Shown piece after piece: positions 24,132 through 34,063 of a stretch of 38,726 nt of DNA. Below the pieces are notes generated by a model. It had not been told where the DNA came from. It saw only the letters and a program-made list of their open reading frames with translations, and made no database searches. The translations under genes and the position numbers were made by a program. Every line of letters begins with the position of its first letter. The first letter of the stretch is position 1. Origin of the DNA: a virus (lineage: Duplodnaviria; Caudoviricetes); IMG/VR virus record IMGVR_UViG_3300034073_001913, positions 1 to 38,726 of that record. One strand, written 5' to 3'.

Positions 24132-27100
24132 TTACATTCCCTTCTTAATACAGACCACGGCTGCTTCTGCCGCCTTGTGCATATCGGTTGCGTTAGCTTG
24201 CTTTTGGTCTAAAGCCTTAAGCTCAGTCTCTAGGGCTGCCTTCAACGCGTTTCCAAGCTCAGGGTCTAGGTTAACCATCTCGGCTTCAATATTAGCTTGT
24301 ATTGCCACCAGGTCGTCGTCGATTAACTTAAGATCGTTGCCAATAGCTTTCATGGCGTCGGCCACGGAGTCCTTAGGCTCATTCAGCATGGGCTCAGCAT
24401 CTGCGGCATTGCTTGGTTGCTTATGGTACGCCTTAGCCATCTTTAACTTCTGAGCATCTGACACCTCAAACGGCATGACTGCGTTAGGATCAGGCAACAC
24501 TTCAAGCACAAGAGTAGGATCGCCAAAATCGTGAGTTGGCTTAATAACCTGCTTTACGCGGAACTTTGCACCGCGATCAAGCAACAGTTCTACTTCGCTC
24601 TTGTGAGACGACACTGAACCGGCAAGCACGGCTTTACTGCCTTCAGGCACCAGGATTTTTGTCAAGGGCGCCTTGCCCTTAAAACTACCGTGCCAATTTT
24701 TTGCAGTCTCATAAGAGAACGAGGTGCTGCTGTAGCCGTGCATCGTAATGATGTGGCCTTCAGCAGCTTTCAATAGCTCGTACGCTTTCATGCCATCAAG
24801 ATTCTGGTCCCACACAAATTGTTTAAGATTTAAGTCAGCCAGAATATTGTTAAAAGCCGTGTACCTAACGTTGCCACGCCAAACCTCATATTTTTCTTTT
24901 GTCTCCGGAAGTTTCTTAAAGACGGAATCGAGCATGTCAATTTTGCTTTGCAGTTCAGGGCTAATAGTTTTACCAAGAACCTCTTTCCCCCACAAGGCGT
25001 TGTTGATGTCAACATAGCCACTGTTTGTGTAGCTCTTTAACACGCTCATTTCTGAGCTAGTCAACGACTTTTCAATTTGATCGTAGAACTTGTTCAGGAA
25101 TTTGTTAGCGTCGTTTGTATTGAAAAACTTAACAGTGTTTGTTTCCTTCGCCACTTCCTTAGCCACGTCGCTGTATGTCTTTTCAAGATCAAGACGACGC
25201 AAAGCAAGTTTTTCTTTAAGTTCCTCAGCAAGTTTTTTGTCCATGCCTTGCAGCACGGCTGAATCAACAAGTTTGTTAATCTCGTCTTGAGGAATACGCA
25301 AAATACGGGCAACAGCTTCTTCGGTATCTTTAAGACTAACTTTGCCAAACACATCAGGATTCTTGTCCATGATGCTCTTGTAGTCGCCGATCTTAGTTGT
25401 AAACTTGTCGCCCTTAAGTTCACCTTGAGCTCTATACAGCAAGGCACCGCCCGGATCAATACGCCAGACAGCTCCCTTACCCTCAATCATTTGCATGTTG
25501 AAGTTAGGTGCGTTACCTACGACATCCCAGTTGGCCAAGTATGCATCAATAATCAGGTGTTGAGCAAAAGCTTTTTGCTGCTCTTCTGGCAGATTCTTGA
25601 ATTCGCTTGGACTCAGGGTTTTAAAGTTTTTAATCCAATCACTTGCAACGCCAATAACCTGCCGGTTCTCTGTAACGACTGTTGCTTTTGGCATCGGCAC
25701 GCCAAACCACTTGTACAGGGTTGCTGCCACCCATTCATTCAGAGCTTGATCTTTGCCGTAAAACTTGACGTAGTACTGGCTATTGTCGTTCTTGTCGATG
25801 AACAAGCCACCCTTGTTTGTGCCAAGTTGTTGACCGGCGCTTTCAAGGTTGTTAATGTCAAAGGCCGTGTCATAGCCAGCAAACGAGTTATACACGTCGC
25901 CACTGGTTTCTAAGTATGTGTCGGGGTCAAACATCGCCGACTCAACGGCGGCCTTACCTTTAGGGTTTAGGTCGTTGAAAACCTCGCTAACGGCGTCTTG
26001 AGCAAACATAGACTCCATGGCAGACTCAGGGCCAAGGGCTACATTGTGCTGATTTTGCTTAGGATCAAAGACTGCGTTCTTGATCTCCATGACGTGAGTC
26101 ATGTTGTTCTTAGCAAGGTTGTACGAACCCTTGTAAGCAATATCCAGGGCCGCTTCTTCGCTGATCTTGATGCCATGGATAGCCAGCAGATCTTTAAGAT
26201 CTGCCGACACCTTAGCCATATCAATAGTGCCCTCAGTTGAAAACGACTTCGAAGTCAACAAGCCCATAGGAGCTCGAGGATCTGCTTTGACTGCTAAAAT
26301 TTGATTGTCGACAGTCCTCACGTAAAACGCAATATTGTTTTGCATGCCGTTAACTTTGGCGAGTTGAACGGCTTCATCAAACTGCGGGTCTGCAAGAGCT
26401 CGGGTGATTTGAGCGGTCGTAACTTTAGCTGCCCGTGGAGTAGTGGCTTGATCCATCAAGGCCATACTTGTGGTCACGTCTTCGTAAGGCTTAAACTCTT
26501 TGATTGGGCTGCGTGCTTTGCCAGCCTCGTCCCCTTCAAATTTAGTTTCAACTCCTTGCAGTGGAGTACCTGCTTCAGTAGAAGTTTCACCCGCTTTCTT
26601 AATTGCTTCAAATGGGTTGATCGAGGCCTCGTCAGGGGCCATCGCATCAAAGTTCGCAGCATAAACCTTGTGTGAAGCCCCATGTGTCGCAATAGAACCC
26701 ACCTCAACGCTGTGCCCATTGGCTGCTTGCTTAACGGCAGTCTCTAATGCTGCTGCGTGACTTTTTGAACGAAGACCCTTATAGCCGTCGTAGACTTTTC
26801 CGCCAACAGCAAATAAGCCGGCTCCCGCCACAGTGCCAAAGGCAATGTTAGTCAGGGAGTTCATCATGTCATAGTCTGCTTTTTCTTGCGTCTTCGCAGC
26901 GTAGATCAATGGCTCAACGGCAAGTGAACCTACAAAACCAGCTTCAGCACCACGAGCTAAGCGCGCGGCAGTGACGCCTAGCTTGGCGTAGCGAGCTTCA
27001 CCAAGGATGGGAACAAAACCGATGGCAAGACCTACTGGGTCAAAAATAGCGGTACCCATGGCTAAGCCAAAACCAATTGAGCTGTCTACAAAACCCTGGG

Positions 27101-27629
27101 CACGATCAAGGGTACTACCAAGGCGCAACTCGTCAAGTTTTCGCTTGTGCTGAATCTTGGCAACTAAGCTGCTCACGGGCTTGTCCCAAGACAAGTGCCC
27201 TGAAATGCCATACTGAGTATTGGCTTCGTCAGGTTGCAGAATAGAAGGGCGCTCGGTGAGGTTAAACTCTTCGAGTGTGGGACGATTTTTCCAGCCTTGA
27301 CTGCCGCCGCCCCGCCCTGAATTTGCTCGACGGTTGTAAAGCTTTTTTAGTTCGTCGTCAGTGTTGTTGGTTAACTCCTCAGCTCTGCGAATCTCTCGCA
27401 TACGCTTAATGGAGTCAATTCCTGTTTCAGTCCAGCCAACGTCAATAGCTGCATCAGCTATTTGACCAGTAGTCGAACGCAAATCATCAAAACCAAATGA
27501 CTGAAACCACCTAGAAGGCGCAAGTGGAGTATGGTTAAAGCCAAGCTCATTGGCTTCCCGAAGCTGGGACTCAGTAATTCCTAGACCGTTTCTAGGAATG
27601 TTGACGTCTTTTTTAATCTTGTCAACCAT
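24132..27629 (-). CDS. Internal virion protein with inserted HipA/PI3K-like kinase and VIP2-like ADP-ribosyltransferase domains
   Basis: Kinase: LGTNKGG, YYVKF, LNEW, DAYLANWDVVG, WRIDPGG. ART: SYTNSGYVDINNAL, VWRG, GYSSTS, SEVELLL. Confidence 0.85.
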   Translation of the reverse strand: MVDKIKKDVNIPRNGLGITESQLREANELGFNHTPLAPSRWFQSFGFDDLRSTTGQIADAAIDVGWTETGIDSIKRMREIRRAEELTNNTDDELKKLYNRRANSGRGGGSQGWKNRPTLEEFNLTERPSILQPDEANTQYGISGHLSWDKPVSSLVAKIQHKRKLDELRLGSTLDRAQGFVDSSIGFGLAMGTAIFDPVGLAIGFVPILGEARYAKLGVTAARLARGAEAGFVGSLAVEPLIYAAKTQEKADYDMMNSLTNIAFGTVAGAGLFAVGGKVYDGYKGLRSKSHAAALETAVKQAANGHSVEVGSIATHGASHKVYAANFDAMAPDEASINPFEAIKKAGETSTEAGTPLQGVETKFEGDEAGKARSPIKEFKPYEDVTTSMALMDQATTPRAAKVTTAQITRALADPQFDEAVQLAKVNGMQNNIAFYVRTVDNQILAVKADPRAPMGLLTSKSFSTEGTIDMAKVSADLKDLLAIHGIKISEEAALDIAYKGSYNLAKNNMTHVMEIKNAVFDPKQNQHNVALGPESAMESMFAQDAVSEVFNDLNPKGKAAVESAMFDPDTYLETSGDVYNSFAGYDTAFDINNLESAGQQLGTNKGGLFIDKNDNSQYYVKFYGKDQALNEWVAATLYKWFGVPMPKATVVTENRQVIGVASDWIKNFKTLSPSEFKNLPEEQQKAFAQHLIIDAYLANWDVVGNAPNFNMQMIEGKGAVWRIDPGGALLYRAQGELKGDKFTTKIGDYKSIMDKNPDVFGKVSLKDTEEAVARILRIPQDEINKLVDSAVLQGMDKKLAEELKEKLALRRLDLEKTYSDVAKEVAKETNTVKFFNTNDANKFLNKFYDQIEKSLTSSEMSVLKSYTNSGYVDINNALWGKEVLGKTISPELQSKIDMLDSVFKKLPETKEKYEVWRGNVRYTAFNNILADLNLKQFVWDQNLDGMKAYELLKAAEGHIITMHGYSSTSFSYETAKNWHGSFKGKAPLTKILVPEGSKAVLAGSVSSHKSEVELLLDRGAKFRVKQVIKPTHDFGDPTLVLEVLPDPNAVMPFEVSDAQKLKMAKAYHKQPSNAADAEPMLNEPKDSVADAMKAIGNDLKLIDDDLVAIQANIEAEMVNLDPELGNALKAALETELKALDQKQANATDMHKAAEAAVVCIKKGM

Positions 27630-27630
27630 A

Positions 27631-29952
27631 TTAGTCGCCTAGAATTCCGCTAAAAAACCCCTTTTTCTTTGCGGGTAAAAGAGTAGGGTTGTTAAGTTGT
27701 TGCCAGTTAAGCTCGTAAGGCTGGCCTTGATTGTTGACAACTGGTTCAACAACCCCGCTGGCGTCAACAACAAGTTGCAAGCCCGTACCGTTGGCATTGT
27801 TAATCCAGTAAGAACGCTTCTCAAGGATCTCAAGATACTGCTGTTGTCGATACGCCGGATCCTTATTGCCAGGATTCAGACTACCTGGGGCGAGCACCGT
27901 ATCTAGCTTAGTCAGCAAGTTTTTATCAGTGCGTACTCGCTCAGCATTAGAGTGAATCAACTTTGTGTTAAGTGAAGTGCCAGTACCACCAATCACTTTT
28001 GTCTGAATATAGTAGGTACCGCCCTCAAGGTCATAGCCTTGCATGACTGTCTTAAAAGCTTTTTTCAAAGCTCCTTGCATGTCGTTTGATCCTGTTGTTG
28101 CAAGGTCCATGGCCGCCATACGCACAGCTAAAGCCCTAGCTGAATCATAGACGTTAAGTCTGTCAGGAACATTTCCTGTTAGAGCTCGGCGATACGGATC
28201 ACCTATTTGCAAAGCAGAGTTTTCAAGAGTACTCCAACTGACGCCTCTAGTTTGTAAAGATCCTAAATTGTTTTTAACCGTTTCTAGTTTTGTGCTGAGG
28301 GCCTTAATGATCTGAGGTTCCGCAGCAGTGCCCATTGCGTTCGCAGCCCAGATGTATTCAGTCGGCAAGGGGTTAGGACCGGTAGTTAGCTGGCGCCAAA
28401 CAATTTGTAAGTCACCGCGGCGCTCACCATTCTTGCCACCGTGGCGTTCAACAAAGCTGCGCAAACGCTGACCCAGTTGTTCTCCACTTGTACCAGTCAA
28501 GTAGGATTTTTCTGTCTCAACTTCCGGCTTACTTAAAAGAGTTAATTCGTGGTCTGGCGTGCCATTCCGGCGTTGAGCCGCAATAATGTTGTCGTTTGCC
28601 TCTCCAAACTTGCCGTCTTCGCGAAGTTTAATGATGATGGGGTTATTTTTATAGTGAGCCGCTTGGTCGTTTTGACGTTCTGTTAAAACGCTGTTAGCCA
28701 TTTGAGCCACGCCTTGCTGAATTTTTTCTTCATCAGCGGCGTTAAGCCCGACTGGTTTTAAATTTTTTACGGTCCTTACAATCTCGTCGTTTGACATCTT
28801 AGAAAAGTTACCAGCAATACCAAAGATTTTTTGGTTGACTGTTATTTCACGATGCGCTTTGCTAGCAACCACATAAGCTTGTTCTTTGCTTTTTGGATCA
28901 TTAGGGTCTAAGACACTTAGCACTTTGGCTTGAATGTCTTCAAGTTTGGTAAAGCCAACAGGAACAGTGCCCGTCTTTGCAGCAGATACGGCATCTTCCA
29001 ATTGTCTGTCAAGTTCATAACGAGCTCTGATATTTACAAACTCGCTTGAAGTTTTGCTGCTGTTAAGCAAACGCAGGTACTGATCACCAGTAAAACCGTA
29101 CAGGTTTTCAAGCTTCCACTTACCTTCAGGAGTTGATCCAAGTTGTCTAAGGGCCTTGTGTGCCGTAGCTGGATCGTCAGCAATCATGCGCAAGAAAGCA
29201 ACCTCAGCAACTTTGTTAAGGTTTTCTTTTGCCTTTTGTAGGGTAGCAGGACGTGCCACTGGCAGGTACTTGTCTGCTCCTTCTGGTTTTACGCCAAGAG
29301 TTGTAAGCCCTTTCATAGACTCAGGAACCTTATCGGCCGGCATGTCTCCCAAAATAGTGCGCCACATCATCATGGTGCCGTCTAGTTGAGTAGGATTGTT
29401 TGAGACAAAGGTCGCGGCCTTTTCAAGTCCTTCTTGCAGGCCAACCTCAACGGCTTGAACGTGAAATCTACTTTGCTGGTCAATAGCTTTTGCCATTGCC
29501 GCTTCTCTAAAGCGGTTTCGAAACTTCTCGTATTCGGTTCTAAAATATTTGTTTTTATCGCCGAGACTAAGATAGTCCTCACTGTTAAGCATCTTCTCAA
29601 CTAAAGTCGAGGTTCTACTAACTAAGTCAGGGTTTGCGTCGTCTTTTGCGACAAGACTTCTATTTTTATACGTTGAAACGTTGCGTTCTTCTTCAAGCGT
29701 AAGTTGTTCAAAATCCTTAGTAAAACGCTCTCCAAGATCTGACGTGGCAATGGCCATATCAAGCGAAGCTTTTTCTTTTTGCTGCTGATCGTACCACTTG
29801 TATGCGATACTTGCTGCTTCGCGAATATCTTTACCTGTCTCAGCCGTGCCCTGTGAGCCGAGAGTAAAAGCAGCTCGCTCACGAGAATCAAGTCCTTGTT
29901 GGTAACTAACGGGTAGTTGACCACGTCGTTCGTATGTGGGAATTTTTGGCAT
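27631..29952 (-). CDS. Internal virion (ejection) protein, 773 aa
   Basis: MPKIPTY N-terminus typical of this slot; helical; synteny. Confidence 0.7.
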   Translation of the reverse strand: MPKIPTYERRGQLPVSYQQGLDSRERAAFTLGSQGTAETGKDIREAASIAYKWYDQQQKEKASLDMAIATSDLGERFTKDFEQLTLEEERNVSTYKNRSLVAKDDANPDLVSRTSTLVEKMLNSEDYLSLGDKNKYFRTEYEKFRNRFREAAMAKAIDQQSRFHVQAVEVGLQEGLEKAATFVSNNPTQLDGTMMMWRTILGDMPADKVPESMKGLTTLGVKPEGADKYLPVARPATLQKAKENLNKVAEVAFLRMIADDPATAHKALRQLGSTPEGKWKLENLYGFTGDQYLRLLNSSKTSSEFVNIRARYELDRQLEDAVSAAKTGTVPVGFTKLEDIQAKVLSVLDPNDPKSKEQAYVVASKAHREITVNQKIFGIAGNFSKMSNDEIVRTVKNLKPVGLNAADEEKIQQGVAQMANSVLTERQNDQAAHYKNNPIIIKLREDGKFGEANDNIIAAQRRNGTPDHELTLLSKPEVETEKSYLTGTSGEQLGQRLRSFVERHGGKNGERRGDLQIVWRQLTTGPNPLPTEYIWAANAMGTAAEPQIIKALSTKLETVKNNLGSLQTRGVSWSTLENSALQIGDPYRRALTGNVPDRLNVYDSARALAVRMAAMDLATTGSNDMQGALKKAFKTVMQGYDLEGGTYYIQTKVIGGTGTSLNTKLIHSNAERVRTDKNLLTKLDTVLAPGSLNPGNKDPAYRQQQYLEILEKRSYWINNANGTGLQLVVDASGVVEPVVNNQGQPYELNWQQLNNPTLLPAKKKGFFSGILGD

Positions 29953-29954
29953 GA

Positions 29955-30482
29955 TTATGAACTCTTTTTAATTTCGCCTACGCCGACAGTGCCCCGAGTA
30001 GTTTTCTTGCTACCCCACACACCCATGTCATAGCCCATGTAAGCGGTCTGCGCGCTGCCAGTGAGAATGGTACCCATGGCCGAAGTCTTACCTTGGCGAG
30101 CAGCCGTTTCCCCTTGAAAGCGAGACATGTTAGCTTCGTTTTGAAAACCTTCTGCTTGCAGTTCACCGCCATAGAGAATGGCCAACTGCTCCATGGTGCC
30201 CTGAATGGTTGTGTCTTCTTGCAAGTCAAGGAATGTCCCTGACTTACCAATGCCGCTCGCGCCTCTCGCAGCATTTTGAGAACCAATCAACCGTCGGAGT
30301 CGCTGAGCTTCTGCTTCTGACTCGTACTTTGCCTTTTCAAGAGCGGTCTGTTTATTCCGCTCCATAATTTGCGCGTTGTAGTCAGCCGCTTTCTTAGCGT
30401 CTTGTCCTGCTTGGTATTGACCATAGGCCTGCATCGCCGTGCCGGCGACCATGGCGGTCAAGATCATCGTTTCAACACCCAT
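29955..30482 (-). CDS. Small internal virion protein (gp14-like)
   Basis: Gly/Ala/Gln-rich; hydrophobic N-terminus; GASGI motif; synteny. Confidence 0.75.
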   Translation of the reverse strand: MGVETMILTAMVAGTAMQAYGQYQAGQDAKKAADYNAQIMERNKQTALEKAKYESEAEAQRLRRLIGSQNAARGASGIGKSGTFLDLQEDTTIQGTMEQLAILYGGELQAEGFQNEANMSRFQGETAARQGKTSAMGTILTGSAQTAYMGYDMGVWGSKKTTRGTVGVGEIKKSS

Positions 30483-30891
30483 CAAAGAACCTCACGTATC
30501 TGTAATGATCTTTTTGATCGGGACCCCACATACGTAGCGTCGATTCTCGCTGATACCCTAGCCACTCTAACCAGCGAATGGCCTGCAGTAGATCTGATGG
30601 TACAGTTGTTTGAAGTCGATGCAGCTTGAGTTCCCTTCGCAAAAATTCCTGGTTTAGCTTGATGTACTTTATACACTGAATCTTGTGTTTCGGAAATAGT
30701 GCGGACGGGATCAAGTACGATTCTGCCACTCCCTTCCAAATAGGAATGACCCCGGCAATAGCTATTGGCCTTGCGTCGACTACCGCCGTAAACGAAATTG
30801 AACACTTTTCTAGTGCCAAACCGTTGTGAAGTACTGGCCAGATAGGTTTGATAAAGTCTAAGTGCCATGATTCGAATGGAACTACGATCAT
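30472..30891 (-). CDS. GNAT-fold-like protein in the T7 gp13 slot
   Basis: GVAESY, LHRLQTTV and AIRWLEWLGYQRE; lies between the nozzle and ejection genes. Confidence 0.7.
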   Translation of the reverse strand: MIVVPFESWHLDFIKPIWPVLHNGLALEKCSISFTAVVDARPIAIAGVIPIWKGVAESYLIPSALFPKHKIQCIKYIKLNQEFLRRELKLHRLQTTVPSDLLQAIRWLEWLGYQRESTLRMWGPDQKDHYRYVRFFDGC

Positions 30892-32924
30892 CTTTCAGAA
30901 ACAGTCATTGCGTACATGATTGCCAAAATCGTGCAAGGATGCGGCGTGTCTGACTGTACGAGTAGTTCAAACTGACGCTCTGGGGCATGCTGCACTAAAA
31001 CCCGTTTATCACCTGTGAACAGGCGAACTGAACCCATCGGCATCGCCCCTGAGCGAAACGGAATAATCTCCAAGGCGCCACCGTTGGCAGAAAATTTCAT
31101 GTTAAACGTGTCAACCAAGCGATAGGTAACTCGTTCAATACGACGAATCTTGCCTTGAGAAGGACCGGTTTGTGTTTGAACCTCAGGATCAAGTGTTCGC
31201 ACACGAGCAACATAAGGCAAACCGACGCTAACCTTTGAAGCTGAACGGGCTAGTGTGATTGAACCTGAACTAACTACTCGGTCTGGATGAACGGCTCCAT
31301 CAGCCAAGATCTGCACGGTCTCGCCTTCTAAATGATCAAGACCTGATAGACTGTTTACGGGGGCGCCATCATAGCTAATGCCGCTGTCGATAAAAAATGC
31401 GTCTTCAACAACCATACCTTTGGCTGTATCAAAAGATTTTTCTAAGTATTCGACATACTGCGTGGTTGCTCCATCAATCGTTCTTTCAACAATCAAATAC
31501 AAGACTTCTTCTGATTCGTCGTTTTTAGGAATGACCGCAATACTTTTAACGACAACGTCTGTGCCACCAACGATGTGTCTATGCCAAGCTACCACCTCTT
31601 GATCTGGCTCGTAAGTCAAGCAGCGAAGTTCGCCTGTTTGCAGCAGCGTCCAAACAAGATTGTCTGGTGAACGAGCATAGGCGATCTGCTTGACGTTGCC
31701 TGTTGTAATGTGCTCAGCAAGCAACGTTAGATCAACCGAGGCGTACCCGTCAATGTTGATGTCATACGATAGCTCACGTACTTTTAGGCGTGAACGGTCA
31801 ATGTATAGAGTGGTCCTACTGGCACCCACAGGGCGTTCATTGGCTGTGCCGTCAGTAGTCTCACGAGAGATAGTTGAGTTTGACGGCGTCAGAGCTTCAT
31901 AGTTTCGACCGGCTGACAGAATGAAAGGACCATCTGACGTTCCGAGTTGCAAACGCTTCTCACCGTAAATCCAGCGAATCGCGTTCACCTGGTCAGTGGC
32001 CAAGGTGAAACTCAGGGCTGAATCATCTAAAACCTCTGCCTTAGCGTTTGACGGACTAAAGGTTGCAAATTCCCCAGTACGAGTTCCCCAGATGGTTGAT
32101 GGCTTTGAATTGCTAGCAGCAAAGAACAAGCGCTCTTGGAAAAACGCCACGCAAGTCGGCCAGCCAAGAGTATCTGACCAAGCACCAAGGCGCCAATCTT
32201 TAGCCGCGTTGCCGGCCCCCGTTGCGCCAAAAGGAAAGTCCGCGTCAATAGAAACGGTGACTGTCGTGGGGTTAGTATAGGCCGTAATCTTAGCGGCTCC
32301 CCAAACAGCTGGCGAACCATTTTTAAGTCGAAACCAGCGCCCAATATCAGTAACAGCAAACACGCTGCTGCTGGCCGTAATTGTTGCCGTGCCAGTAATG
32401 TGCGAAGGGTGACAAGTAATTGCAGTCGTATTGACCTCGTTGTAAGGACCATCACGAGGCTCATACAAGCTAATTGTCCAGTTAGTAGGACCAAGACGAT
32501 TCAACGTGCGCGGCTGATAATTCTTATGCACAAGGTACAAGACGTCGGCAGACTGCGTAAAGTCTAAGTCGTCTAGGTCGTTTTCTGTATACGGCGAAAT
32601 TAGCTCGTAAGGAGCAGTACCAAGAGCGTTAAGCAGCACAGCCTCATTACGGTAAAAGCGCACGTACAGATGGCCGAACTCGACAATGTAGGCTTGCTCA
32701 GTTGAGAAAATAAAGGGAATTAACTTCGTTTTCTTGTCTGCAAATTTTGTAGGTGCGATGTAGCGAGTACCAGATCTCTTAGTAATACCGCCGTGAGGGA
32801 AGATGATAAAGTTCTCGCAGCGCTCCACTGAGGTTGCGTATTTTTGCAAGTCAACACGACCATACAGGCGAGGAGAAATCTCTCCACCTGTAAAGTTGGT
32901 TTGAATTGGCGTTGTCTTAGACAT
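30888..32924 (-). CDS. Tail tubular protein B (nozzle)
   Basis: QTNFTGGEISPRL.GR.D, FTQSADVL, FFQERL and AWHRH. Confidence 0.9.
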   Translation of the reverse strand: MSKTTPIQTNFTGGEISPRLYGRVDLQKYATSVERCENFIIFPHGGITKRSGTRYIAPTKFADKKTKLIPFIFSTEQAYIVEFGHLYVRFYRNEAVLLNALGTAPYELISPYTENDLDDLDFTQSADVLYLVHKNYQPRTLNRLGPTNWTISLYEPRDGPYNEVNTTAITCHPSHITGTATITASSSVFAVTDIGRWFRLKNGSPAVWGAAKITAYTNPTTVTVSIDADFPFGATGAGNAAKDWRLGAWSDTLGWPTCVAFFQERLFFAASNSKPSTIWGTRTGEFATFSPSNAKAEVLDDSALSFTLATDQVNAIRWIYGEKRLQLGTSDGPFILSAGRNYEALTPSNSTISRETTDGTANERPVGASRTTLYIDRSRLKVRELSYDINIDGYASVDLTLLAEHITTGNVKQIAYARSPDNLVWTLLQTGELRCLTYEPDQEVVAWHRHIVGGTDVVVKSIAVIPKNDESEEVLYLIVERTIDGATTQYVEYLEKSFDTAKGMVVEDAFFIDSGISYDGAPVNSLSGLDHLEGETVQILADGAVHPDRVVSSGSITLARSASKVSVGLPYVARVRTLDPEVQTQTGPSQGKIRRIERVTYRLVDTFNMKFSANGGALEIIPFRSGAMPMGSVRLFTGDKRVLVQHAPERQFELLVQSDTPHPCTILAIMYAMTVSER

Positions 32925-32927
32925 CTA

Positions 32928-33527
32928 TTACCACCTTGGAGGAGTCGTCAGGCGAGAATCAGCAATACCAAAACGACTGTTAAGCCAATAATCTGCATCA
33001 AGAACTTCTTGCGAGTTTTCTTGTGCATCAACAAACTTAGCTTCACGCAATTTCAGCTCGTATAGCTGCCACATCTGCTCCATCGACGTAGTTGATTGAA
33101 GCAAGGGGTGCGCAAGGTCAGCTGCAAGACGAGCAGCTAAGGCATCCACTAACAAGGTATCATAGCTCGGCACATCAGTAAGCAGAGCGATGTATTTTAT
33201 TTTTAGCGTGTCCCCATCATAGAGAATACGACGAGACTCAATTGAGTAGCGACCATTGACGTCTTCAAGAGTCAATAGCCGCAGGAAATCTGCAGGTAAA
33301 ACAAACTGATGCGAGTATTCATACGCAGGAATTACGTTGTCTAATGGCAAAGCAATTCGACGCACCAAGCAGTTCCAAGGATGCGCGCGAAAGACGGCGG
33401 CGCGACTGTCATCATATAAACGACGAGACGTTGCTGCTGCCTTAGTAGGGTCAGACAACGAGTTAATTGGGTCTACGCCCAACAGGGTGAGTGCTCTGTT
33501 TACTACTTCAATGTCTGATGCTGCCAT
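32928..33527 (-). CDS. Tail tubular protein A (adaptor)
   Basis: NRALTLLG, HPWNC, LPADFLR and ALAARLA. Confidence 0.88.
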   Translation of the reverse strand: MAASDIEVVNRALTLLGVDPINSLSDPTKAAATSRRLYDDSRAAVFRAHPWNCLVRRIALPLDNVIPAYEYSHQFVLPADFLRLLTLEDVNGRYSIESRRILYDGDTLKIKYIALLTDVPSYDTLLVDALAARLAADLAHPLLQSTTSMEQMWQLYELKLREAKFVDAQENSQEVLDADYWLNSRFGIADSRLTTPPRW

Positions 33528-33541
33528 TCGTATCTCCTAAC

Positions 33542-33578
33542 AAAAACGGGAGACCAAGCCTTACGGCCCGATCCCCCG
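33542..33578 (-). terminator. Rho-independent terminator after the capsid/decoration genes
   Basis: CGGGGGATCGGGCC-GTAA-GGCTTGGTCTCCCG plus TTTTT on the minus strand. Confidence 0.85.
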
Positions 33579-33599
33579 CACTACCGGTGTTCCTTTGAC

Positions 33600-34052
33600 T
33601 TAGTCGAGTGTGTACAGGATCTGACCGTTCAAAGTAGCGCCGTCTGGGATCGTGCCACCAGTAATGGTTGCGCGCACCGTCATACCAGTCTTGCTAGACA
33701 GTTTAGACGAAGCTGCACCAATGATGGCGCCCGCAGTAGCAACCGACGTGTTCGCCATAAAGGCGTCGTCGTCAGCAGCAACGGCTGTGTTTGAAAGGTC
33801 AGTGTAACCTGTATGACCGACTTTGATCACGCGAGCCGCGCCAAGGGCCGAGTTGATAATGGTCACACCAACGATGCGAACAGTACCAGCAGGCATTTGG
33901 CAAAGAGTCACGGTATCGCCATCAGCGCCGGCACCGACTTGAGTGAAGTCAAATGCACGAACGCGGACACGACCGTGCTCATCGCACACGTCATTCATCG
34001 TCGCAGGAACAGTCTGGGTGTTAGCGTACTGAGTGCTATTTTGATTAGCCAT
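33600..34052 (-). CDS. Probable capsid decoration / minor capsid protein
   Basis: Beta-rich 150 aa; between the MCP and its terminator; AAGGAG RBS. Confidence 0.65.
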   Translation of the reverse strand: MANQNSTQYANTQTVPATMNDVCDEHGRVRVRAFDFTQVGAGADGDTVTLCQMPAGTVRIVGVTIINSALGAARVIKVGHTGYTDLSNTAVAADDDAFMANTSVATAGAIIGAASSKLSSKTGMTVRATITGGTIPDGATLNGQILYTLD

Positions 34053-34063
34053 GACTATTCTCC

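Noticed and set aside
25287-25913. 208-aa + strand ORF over the kinase domain (possible immunity gene)
   Set aside because: Antisense to a motif-bearing CDS, with no RBS or recognisable features; the same applies to the other antisense ORFs in the track
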